Made by a program: the position numbers and the translations under genes
The notes under the pieces: generated by a model
Seen by the model: the letters and a program-made list of their open reading frames with translations, nothing else
What the model was told of the DNA's origin: nothing
Database searches by the model: none
In this document: positions 1-7,340 of the stretch, piece by piece
Layout: each line of letters begins with the position of its first letter
Position numbering within the stretch: position 1 is the stretch's first letter
Source: Gemmatimonadota bacterium
GTDB lineage: Bacteria > Gemmatimonadota > Gemmatimonadetes > Gemmatimonadales > Gemmatimonadaceae
NCBI GenBank assembly: GCA_031372565.1
Contig: JANMLN010000160.1
Location: 1-16,733 of the forward strand
Length of the DNA stretch: 16,733 bases
Direction: 5' to 3'

Positions 1-141
1 GATCATCGAACGCACCAACGCCTGGCTGCATAACTTCCGGCACCTCGTCACGCGCTACGACAACAAGATCGAGCACTATCGCGCATTCTTGTACGCCGCG
101 TGCATGCTGATCACGCTCCGGCACTTTTGAAACCACTTCTA
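1..141 (+). mobile_element. Right end of IS5-family insertion sequence; probable terminal inverted repeat ~125-139 followed by TA/CTA target site
   Basis: The transposase stop lies inside TTTTGAAACCACTTC, followed by TA (140-141), and host coding sequence resumes at 140. The left end is outside the window, so the inverted repeat cannot be confirmed. Confidence 0.7.
2..130 (+). CDS. IS5-family DDE transposase, C-terminal fragment (truncated by window edge)
   Basis: Not in the ORF track. Frame +2 reads IIERTNAWLHNFRHLVTRYDNKIEHYRAFLYAACMLITLRHF* (TGA 128-130), matching the IS5-family C-terminal motif (I/V)ERxxxWLxxxRxLxxRY(D/E). Confidence 0.88.
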   Translation: MIERTNAWLHNFRHLVTRYDNKIEHYRAFLYAACMLITLRHF

Positions 142-1060
142 CGTCCTCTGGAAGACCGCTCCCTTCAAGGGGCAGTATGTCAATGTCTCGGCGAACGGCC
201 TTCGCCGGACACCAGGTCCCGACTGCGTCACCGGGGCGCGCCGAGTGTTCGTACTGGGTGGCTCGGCCGCTTGGGGTTGGGGCTCACCCGATTCGGGCAC
301 CATACCTGCGCACTTGTGGCGGGAGTTGACGCGTCGTGATTCTCGGCCGGTATGCGTCGTCAACCTTGGACAGAACGCCTACGTTTCGACTCAGGAACTC
401 ATCGAGCTCATTACCCGGCTGCAGCAAGGCGACAGGCCAGACGTCGTCGTGTTCTATGACGGTTTCAATGACGCCTTCGCGGCGTTCGAGACGAGAAGGT
501 CCGGTGTGCACTACGTGGTCGATCGTATCGCGAGGAAGTTCGAGCGGCGTGACGACTCGGTACGTCCTGCCTTGGGTGACCTGGTCCGCGGCACGCACTT
601 GTACCGAGCGTTGCGATGCGTGGGGGGGCGACGTCCAAGTCCTCCAACCACGACGGATGCGCGGACCGTCGTCGATGACTCAACACGCAAGCTGGCAGCA
701 GAGGTGCTGTCAGTCCATGGCGAAGTCTACCGGATCGTGGAGAGTCTTTCCCGTAGCTATGGCTTCGAGTTTGCCTTCTTTTGGCAGCCGTCGTTGTTCG
801 CTGGGCACAAGCCACTCTCGCCGGATGAACAGCGCATGCGTCCGCAGAAATACCGCAGTTACGCGCTCGTCTCGGAGATCTACCGTGGCGCGGAGGCCGC
901 GGCGCGGGTCCGCCCCAACTTTCACTATCTCGGCAACATCTTCGACGGCGACACATCGCAGCTCTACATCGATTTTGTGCACCTGACACCGACGGGCAAC
1001 GCGCAGGTTGCGCGGGCCATCGCCGATCTCCTCACCCCGTCCGCCGGGGTCAGGCGTTAG
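140..1060 (+). pseudogene. SGNH/GDSL hydrolase family protein, 5' part separated by IS insertion
   Basis: The 245..1060 frame is open back to the IS end: YVLWKTAPFKGQYVNVSANGLRRTPGPDCVTGARR then VFVLGGSAAWG (block I Ser), NLGQNAY (block II), YDGFND (block III), DFVH (block V). No convincing start/RBS or N-terminal membrane anchor remains. Confidence 0.78.
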
Positions 1061-1237
1061 CCTTGCCACCGAACCAGCGTGAGCACCGTCATCCCCCGCG
1101 CCAACATGAGGGCGTTGCGTTCGCGTGGGGCGTCGTGCGCGTTTCATGGAACACCAAGGTCACCGTCGCCTGCCTGACACCTCTCTCGTTGATCGACGCG
1201 GGGACTTCTCTCCTCGCTTTCCCACGGTGCTGATGGC

Positions 1238-3064
1238 ATGACGCATCAGCACGTGCTTGGCATTTCTGCGTATTACCACGACAGCGCCGCGGCGCTGCTC
1301 TGCAATGGCACGATTGTCGCCGCCGCGCAAGAAGAGCGATTCACCCGCAAGAAGGGTGATGCTGCATTCCCCGCCAACGCCGTCGACTACTGCCTGACCC
1401 GGGCCGGCATCGGCATCGGTGACGTGTCGCACGTGGGGTTCTATGACAAGCCGCTGCTCAAGTTCGAGCGCATTCTCGAGACCTACCTGGGCGTTGCGCC
1501 AAGGGGGTTCCCATCGTTCCTGAAGGCGGGTCCGTTGTGGATCAAGGACAAGCTGTACATGGACCGACAGCTGCGCGACTCGCTGGGGTACGAAGGGCCG
1601 CTGCTCTACGCCGAACACCACGAATCGCATGCGGCCAGCGCGTTCTTTCCTTCGCCCTTCGAGGAAGCCGCGATTCTCACGCTTGACGGCGTTGGCGAGT
1701 GGGCGACGGCGTCCATGGGCGTCGGACAGGGCGCTGACCTGGAGATTCATCGGGAGCTGCGCTGGCCTGATTCGCTCGGACTCCTGTACTCGGCGTTCAC
1801 CTACTACACGGGCTTCAAGGTGAATAGCGGCGAGTACAAGGTGATGGGGCTGGCGCCATACGGCGAGCCACGCTACGTGTCGACGATCCTCGAGCACCTC
1901 ATTGACCTCAAGGACGACGGGTCGTTCCGCATCAACCAGACGTACTTCGGCTATCTCGATGGTCTGACCATGACGAATGGCGCCTTCGATCGGTTGTTCG
2001 GCGGACCACCGCGGAAGCCCGAAGCGCCGCTCACGCAGCGTGAAATGGACTTGGCGCGCTCGATTCAGGTGGTGTGCGAAGACGTGATGTTGCGCATGAC
2101 GCGCACGCTGCATCGTGACACCGGTCTGCCGCGACTCTGCCTGGCCGGTGGCGTCGCGCTCAACTGTGTCGGAAACGGGCGCCTGCTGCGCGAAGGACCG
2201 TTCGACGAGATCTGGATTCAGCCTGCGTCGGGTGATGCGGGCGGAGCGCTGGGGGTGGCGCAACTCGTCTGGCATCGTCATCTCAAGCAACCGCGCACCG
2301 TCACGCCACATCGTGACAGCATGCGGGGAGCGTATCTGGGTCCGGACTTCACGTCCGCGCAGATTCAATCGGCGCTGGATGCCCGTGGGGCCGTGTATCA
2401 GAGACCGCCACGCGACGAATTGCTGGCGCAGGTTGCTGATGCGCTGGCCGCAGAGCAGGTCGTTGGCTGGTTCAACGGGCGGATGGAATTCGGGCCGCGC
2501 GCCCTTGGTGCGCGCAGCATCATCGGAGATCCGCGAAGTCCGCGCATGCAGTCGCAGATGAACCTGAAGATCAAGTTCAGGGAAAGCTTCCGACCGTTCG
2601 CCCCGAGTGTTCTACGGGAACATGTACAGGACTGGTTCGAAATGGATGTCGATTCGCCGTACATGCTGCTCGTGGCGCCTGTCCGGTCGGAACAACGCCT
2701 GGCGTTATCGGATGAGGGCAAGGAACTCTGGGGTATTGATCAGCTGAACGTGCCACGATCCACCATTCCGGCCGTGACGCACGTCGACTACTCCGCACGT
2801 ATCCAGACCGTGTCGCGAGACACCAATGCCGATTACCATGACCTGATCACGGCGTTCTACGAGCGAACGGGATGCCCGATGGTGATCAACACGTCGTTCA
2901 ACGTGCGCGGTGAGCCGATCGTGTGCACGCCGGATGATGCCTATCGGTGTTTCATGAGGACTGATCTGGATGTGCTGGTCGTCGGGGAGTTTCTGCTGTT
3001 CAAGGGAGAACAACCAACCCATACGGAGGAGGGGGATTGGCAGCAGGACTTTCAACTCGACTGA
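1238..3064 (+). CDS. O-carbamoyltransferase, NodU/CmcH/TobZ (SxtI-like) family
   Basis: 608 aa with LGISAYYHDSAAA, AAQEERFTRKK, EHHESHAASAF, DGVGE, GEYKVMGLAPYG, LAGGVALNC, EFGPRALGARS, KFRESFRPFAP, NTSFNVRGEPIV. Confidence 0.96.
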   Translation: MTHQHVLGISAYYHDSAAALLCNGTIVAAAQEERFTRKKGDAAFPANAVDYCLTRAGIGIGDVSHVGFYDKPLLKFERILETYLGVAPRGFPSFLKAGPLWIKDKLYMDRQLRDSLGYEGPLLYAEHHESHAASAFFPSPFEEAAILTLDGVGEWATASMGVGQGADLEIHRELRWPDSLGLLYSAFTYYTGFKVNSGEYKVMGLAPYGEPRYVSTILEHLIDLKDDGSFRINQTYFGYLDGLTMTNGAFDRLFGGPPRKPEAPLTQREMDLARSIQVVCEDVMLRMTRTLHRDTGLPRLCLAGGVALNCVGNGRLLREGPFDEIWIQPASGDAGGALGVAQLVWHRHLKQPRTVTPHRDSMRGAYLGPDFTSAQIQSALDARGAVYQRPPRDELLAQVADALAAEQVVGWFNGRMEFGPRALGARSIIGDPRSPRMQSQMNLKIKFRESFRPFAPSVLREHVQDWFEMDVDSPYMLLVAPVRSEQRLALSDEGKELWGIDQLNVPRSTIPAVTHVDYSARIQTVSRDTNADYHDLITAFYERTGCPMVINTSFNVRGEPIVCTPDDAYRCFMRTDLDVLVVGEFLLFKGEQPTHTEEGDWQQDFQLD

Positions 3065-3444
3065 CGAAGGCCGAGGGGCGGCGCTTCGCGTGGACGGTCG
3101 GTGGCGCATTCCTGCTGCTCGGTGCAGCGGCGTGGTGGCGCGGAGCGAACGCAGCCAGTACGGTCTTCGGGCTAATCGGCGCGCTCTTGGCCAGCGCAGG
3201 CTTGGTTCTACCGGGATCCCTGACCCCGGTGCACAAGGCGTGGATGGGACTGTCACACGTCTTGTCCAAGGTGACGACCCCGGTGTTCCTGGGAGTCGTG
3301 TATTTCCTGGTGATCGCGCCCATCGGCTTTGCCATGCGACTCGTCGGACGAAACCCCTTGGTCGGACCACGGGACGGAGACAGTTATTTCGTCAGGCGCC
3401 CGGCGGGAGCCTCGCGGCGCAGCAACCTCACCCGACAATTCTAG
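3037..3444 (+). CDS. SxtJ-family membrane protein
   Basis: TTG start after GGAGGAGG and 28-nt overlap with the carbamoyltransferase. Hydrophobic segments plus the family-like pattern P..L.P....WM.L...L..V.TPV.LG.VYFLVI.PIG...RL.GRNPL and C-terminal ..RQF. Confidence 0.88.
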   Translation: MAAGLSTRLTKAEGRRFAWTVGGAFLLLGAAAWWRGANAASTVFGLIGALLASAGLVLPGSLTPVHKAWMGLSHVLSKVTTPVFLGVVYFLVIAPIGFAMRLVGRNPLVGPRDGDSYFVRRPAGASRRSNLTRQF

Positions 3445-3453
3445 GATGTGACC

Positions 3454-3606
3454 GTGGGCGCATTACTCCGCGAGCTCTGGGCGTACATGGGCGCGAGAAA
3501 GAAATGGTGGCTGATTCCGATCATCACGGTGCTCATCCTCGTCGGCACGATGCTGGTGCTCGCGCAAGGGTCCGTGTTGGCCCCGTTCATCTACACGATC
3601 TTCTGA
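3454..3606 (+). CDS. DUF5989 / SxtK-like small membrane protein (50 aa)
   Basis: Below the ORF-track cutoff and translated by hand: MGALLRELWAYMGARKKWWLIPIITVLILVGTMLVLAQGSVLAPFIYTIF*. GTG start at 3454 (alternative 3448) after AGGA. Signature RKKWWL.P ... APFIYT.F. Confidence 0.92.
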   Translation: MGALLRELWAYMGARKKWWLIPIITVLILVGTMLVLAQGSVLAPFIYTIF

Positions 3607-3650
3607 GTTCGTCGGAATAGCTCGTACCTTGTCGCGCGATTGACCGGGTA

Positions 3651-3723
3651 GGCCTGGGCGCCCGTTTCTCCTCCAGCCGTTATCGCGAGAGGTCGACTGG
3701 AGGGGAGTTCAGGGACGCAGGTC
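3651..3723 (+). repeat. 73-nt structured direct repeat, copy 1
   Basis: Ungapped match to 10142-10214 (61/73 identical by hand count; 49 of the first 53). Folds as nested stems, including CTCCTCCAG/CTGGAGGGG. Confidence 0.9.
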
Positions 3724-3834
3724 GCAGCGAAAGACGCTAGATTCCCTCCGCGACGAGTGCGGACCGGAGCGACGATGCTCTTTCCGCTGCGACTGGGGCG
3801 TGCACGCCCCGCCGTCGGGCGAAGCGGCCCGGCG
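3721..3834. repeat. Three further consecutive inverted repeats/hairpins upstream of the regulator
   Basis: GTCGCAGCG-AAAGA (3721-3734) / TCTTT-C-CGCTGCGAC (3779-3793); perfect 16-bp palindrome GGGGCGTGCACGCCCC (3795-3810); CGTCGGGC/GCCCGGCG (3813-3834). Confidence 0.7.
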
Positions 3835-3855
3835 TGACGTGAGGTTCTGGATCAG

Positions 3856-6800
3856 ATGACGCTGCCGAATCTCGCGCGCGGTGAGTTGTCGCCGTCCCTT
3901 CGGCTGGTGACGCTCGGCACTCCCGGTCTGTGGTCCGACGACGGAGAGCGCGTGCCATTGGCCGGCAAGACGCTCGCCCTACTGATATGGCTCGAACGCG
4001 GGGTCTCTGGCGCCGCGCACCGAGAGCGCATCGCGGACCTGCTCTGGTCGGACACGGACGAGCCTCGCTCACGCCAGTCGCTCCGACAAGCGCTGACTCA
4101 GCTGCGCGCGCGCCTGGGGCCGGACGCCGTCACGAGCGACGGGCCCTTGGTCGAACTGCTGCAGCCACTCTGGTCGGACGCGGATGAATTCGAGCGGGCC
4201 GCCGCGAATCGCGACTTCGCCGCAGCCTCCCTCCTCTACCGTGGTGAGTTCCTCGAGCGGTTCGCCCTGCCGGGCGCGTCGGAGTTCGAGCATTGGGCGG
4301 ACCTCGAGCGGCGACGACTGCAGGGATTGTGGAGCGGATTGCTCGACACGCGGGCGCAGGCGCTGCTGGACAGTGGGCGCGCCCGTGAAGCGCGTTCCGT
4401 TGCGGCGATGATGCGCGATGCCGACCCCGAGCGGGAGCGCTCGTGGCGCCTGCTCATCGAGAGCGCGCTTGCGATGGGTGACGTGGCGCTGGCGACCGCA
4501 GACTCGCGAGCCTTCGAGGAGGTGATGCGCGAGGCGGGGCGATCGCCGGATCAGGCGACGGTGCGGGTGCTGCGCCGAGTGGAGCGCGGCGCCGAGGTAT
4601 CGGTCCAACCGAGGGCGCCGGATTCGCTCGACGGCGACCTGATTGGCCGTGAACCGGAGTTCGCGCAGCTCCTCAAGACGTGGCAACGCACCCGTGCGAC
4701 GCGTGGCGCCGTGCGCGTGTGGCTTGAGGCGCCGCCGGGACTGGGCAAGACGCGGTTGCTTCGGGAGTTCAACCAGCGATTGGTCGCGGCAGGTGCACGA
4801 TGCATCGTGGAGCGGGCGCGCCCCGGCGAGCAGGACATTCCGCTCGCCTTCGCCTCGAGACTGGTCGCGGCCCTCGGCGCGCTCGACGGTGCGGCCGGGG
4901 TCTCGCCCGCGGTCGCGTCGTCGCTGGTGGCACTCGCTCCGAGCCTCGGGGACGTGTATCGTGGGGCTCCGTCCGAGTCCGCGCGCGAGGACGACGCGCT
5001 ACGGGTCCGCGCGTGGGCCGTTGGGGAGTTGCTCGCCGCGCTCGCCGAGGATCGCGCGCTGGCGCTGCTCGTGGACGACTGGCACTGGGCGGATCAGGCC
5101 TCGCGCACGTTGCTTGAGGGGGCGCTGTCACGGGCCGAGTCCGTGCCGCTGCTGACGGTGATTTCGCGACGCGCCGCCGAGTCGGTTGCGCTGCGAGGCA
5201 CGCCCGACGCCGCCGCGCCGCTTCGGCTCAGCGCGTGGAGCAGCGAGTTGGTGCGGGCATTCGTGGAGAGCGTGGCGTCGTGGCCCGGTGGTCCTCCGCC
5301 GCCCGAGCTCGTGGACCGTCTCCGTGAGGTGGCAAACGGGTCGCCGCTGCTTGTGCGGCAGACGCTCGAATTGGCGATCGAGCAGCAGCGCCTCGCGCTG
5401 GCCGGTGGGGAGTGGCAGGTGCCCGACGTGGCTGGGCTCGCAGGATGGCTGGGCGCCCTGGACCTGGCGGAAGAGCGCACCCGTCGTCTCGGCCCGGCGG
5501 AGCGCGCGGTGGCGCTACTCATCGCGGTGGCTGGCGGGCCGGTTCACGTGGCTTCACTGGCGGCCGCGGCTCCGACGATCGACGTGCCCGTGGCGCTGCG
5601 AGCGCTGGAACAGCTGGGGTGGGTCCAGCGGAACGCCGACGTCGCGAGCCTCACACACGACACGCTGCAGCAGGCGCTGACGGAGGTGGCGTCGCCGGAC
5701 GCACTGCGACAGGCGCAGTCGGGGATCGGGCGCGGCGAGCTCGCGCTGGGGGCCGCGCTCGACCGCACGGGGGCACAAAGGGCGGCACGCCTGCTCGCCG
5801 CGGGGGGCGATGAGGCGGGCCTTGTACGCCTCTTTTCCGTCTGGTGTGAGTCCGGATCGCTGGATGCGACAGCCGCACTACCGCGTGAGGCCGCACAGCA
5901 GCTTCTCGGCCCGTATGCCACGCCGGAGCGGGTGGCGCTTCTCGTGCGGTCGGTTCCATGGATCGCGCGGCTGAGATCGTCGCGATGGAGCAGCAAAGCG
6001 GCGGCCGCTGTGCTACTCCTGCTGGCCGGGTGGGCATCCTACGGTGCGCTGGTCGGCGTGCAGCCAGCGGCCGTCCGTTTCGTGGATGCGCCGTTGGCGA
6101 TCTCGACCTCCGCAGCGACGCCGACCCCGGTGGTCGAGGTCGTGGACGCGTCGGGACGGCGGGTCCAACGCGATGGGGACACGGTGCGACTCCGAATCGC
6201 GGGTGAGGGCGCGCCGTGGCCGGGCAGCACGGCGGTGACCGCCCGGGGGGTGGCACGATTCCCGTCGTTCCGGCGGCCGGACGGGGACACGGCGAGTCTT
6301 GACACCATCCACGTGGTCTCGGCGTCGCTAAAGCCAGACGGAACGATCGTGGACTTTCGGCCGAGGTTGCGCGTGCATCATGGCACGGCGAACGCGGTCC
6401 CGTTCGACTCGCTGCACGCCGAAGTGACGGTCTTGGCAGGGACGCCGATCACCATTCGGGTCGCGATGCGCGTCTCGACGAGTTGGGGCGCGGCGGCCGT
6501 CATGCATGTAGCTGCACCGTCGTGGGGCGATCCACGAACCTCGTGGATCGAGTTGGGTGCGGTGCCGACGCCGACGCTAGGAGCGGTGCTCGAGTCCGCG
6601 TTCACGCTGCCGGCCCCACCGCGCGCCGGCCGGTACTTCGTCTTCCTCGCCCTCGGACCAGAGCCGGAGTCGCGCTGGATTGCCTCGGGCACGAATTGGA
6701 AGGTTGGGCGACCGCAGTGGGGCGATGGTAACGACCTGGGATCGTGGGGAGCGGGAGAGGTGCGCATCATCCGCGGCCAGCTGAGTGAGTTCACGCCGCG

Positions 6801-6894
6801 GATGGTCAAGAAGTATCCGAGTGGCCGGTGGTCCGAGCGCCCCGTGGCCGACGTGATCACCATTAACGTCGTCCCGGGGTCGCAGGCGCGCTGA
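3856..6894 (+). CDS. Membrane-anchored SARP-type (wHTH + BTAD) STAND NTPase transcriptional regulator with extracytoplasmic C-terminal domains
   Basis: N-terminal LRLVTLG...RERIADLLW...RQSLRQALTQLR (OmpR-like wHTH); LYRGEFL..F...EFEHWADLERRRL...DPERE (BTAD); LIGRE, Walker A APPGLGKT, Walker B LLVDDWHWAD, GSPL (STAND GxP). Hydrophobic stretch AAAAVLLLLAGWASYGALVGV at ~aa 715-735 preceded by basic residues, then ~275 aa beta-rich region. Confidence 0.87.
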   Translation: MTLPNLARGELSPSLRLVTLGTPGLWSDDGERVPLAGKTLALLIWLERGVSGAAHRERIADLLWSDTDEPRSRQSLRQALTQLRARLGPDAVTSDGPLVELLQPLWSDADEFERAAANRDFAAASLLYRGEFLERFALPGASEFEHWADLERRRLQGLWSGLLDTRAQALLDSGRAREARSVAAMMRDADPERERSWRLLIESALAMGDVALATADSRAFEEVMREAGRSPDQATVRVLRRVERGAEVSVQPRAPDSLDGDLIGREPEFAQLLKTWQRTRATRGAVRVWLEAPPGLGKTRLLREFNQRLVAAGARCIVERARPGEQDIPLAFASRLVAALGALDGAAGVSPAVASSLVALAPSLGDVYRGAPSESAREDDALRVRAWAVGELLAALAEDRALALLVDDWHWADQASRTLLEGALSRAESVPLLTVISRRAAESVALRGTPDAAAPLRLSAWSSELVRAFVESVASWPGGPPPPELVDRLREVANGSPLLVRQTLELAIEQQRLALAGGEWQVPDVAGLAGWLGALDLAEERTRRLGPAERAVALLIAVAGGPVHVASLAAAAPTIDVPVALRALEQLGWVQRNADVASLTHDTLQQALTEVASPDALRQAQSGIGRGELALGAALDRTGAQRAARLLAAGGDEAGLVRLFSVWCESGSLDATAALPREAAQQLLGPYATPERVALLVRSVPWIARLRSSRWSSKAAAAVLLLLAGWASYGALVGVQPAAVRFVDAPLAISTSAATPTPVVEVVDASGRRVQRDGDTVRLRIAGEGAPWPGSTAVTARGVARFPSFRRPDGDTASLDTIHVVSASLKPDGTIVDFRPRLRVHHGTANAVPFDSLHAEVTVLAGTPITIRVAMRVSTSWGAAAVMHVAAPSWGDPRTSWIELGAVPTPTLGAVLESAFTLPAPPRAGRYFVFLALGPEPESRWIASGTNWKVGRPQWGDGNDLGSWGAGEVRIIRGQLSEFTPRMVKKYPSGRWSERPVADVITINVVPGSQAR

Positions 6895-6898
6895 CGGG

Positions 6899-7078
6899 TC
6901 AGGGCGAGTATCGAATGACCACGGGGCCGGCCGCGTGCGCGGGATCGGAGCCGGCCGCATAGAAGTTCGACGGATCACTGCCCCAGGCGGCAAAGAGGTC
7001 ACGCGTCGACGGGCTGGCGAGCGCCGTCACCGTCTGGCCGCCGAAGAGGAGGATGGTGCCACTGGTCCCCACGATCAT
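6899..7078 (-). pseudogene. 3' remnant of a WG(S/T)-repeat beta-propeller gene
   Basis: IVGTSGTILLFGGQTVTALASPSTRDLFAAWGSDPSNFYAAGSDPAHAAGPVVIRYSP* resembles the repeats of the 9043..10116 protein (VVGGGGTILRYDGRTWTSMAAPVNDDINGVF; VWGTSSSNLFLAG). Similarity stops at ~7075. Confidence 0.72.
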
Positions 7079-7328
7079 CGCACTCGGTGCCGAGCCATCG
7101 TCGGTCTGGACCGCACCGGGAACCCACTGGCGAGTGGGAGACCCCATCTGGGGCGACCCGGACGACCTCGCGGGGTGGGGCCAAGAGAAGGCGGCGCTCG
7201 CCCGCGTCAACTCCGGCACCACGACAAGCCGCATGTACCACACCAGCTGGGATGGTCCGCCCTCGCTGCGACGGCCGGCGGCCGACGTCATCACGATTGA
7301 CGTCGTACCGCGGCCGACGAGCCGTTGA
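7074..7328 (+). pseudogene. 3' remnant of a paralogue of the 3856..6894 regulator
   Basis: ALGAEPSSVWTAPGTHWRVGDPIWGDPDDLAGWG...RPAADVITIDVVP aligns to ALGPEPESRWIASGTNWKVGRPQWGDGNDLGSWG...RPVADVITINVVP (about 38/82 identical by hand alignment). Confidence 0.85.
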
Positions 7329-7340
7329 CGGGAACACGCA

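Noticed and set aside
1238..3606. Saxitoxin biosynthesis cluster
   Set aside because: No sxtA, sxtG, sxtB or other core genes in the window, and the triad is widespread on its own.
7046..7055. GAGGAGG Shine-Dalgarno plus ATG starting an independent 91-aa gene at 7053
   Set aside because: The SD abuts the ATG with zero spacing and is just the reverse complement of the Ile-Leu-Leu codons of the minus-strand remnant.
6640..7328. DGR template/variable repeat pair or polymorphic-toxin orphan tip
   Set aside because: The two copies differ at all base types and at synonymous positions, not only at adenines. There is no reverse transcriptase or immunity gene. A paralogue remnant explains it better.
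6892..7331. TGACGG at 6892 and 7326 as additional SARP boxes
   Set aside because: They overlap stop codons and lack a good 11-bp-period partner with a correctly spaced -10.
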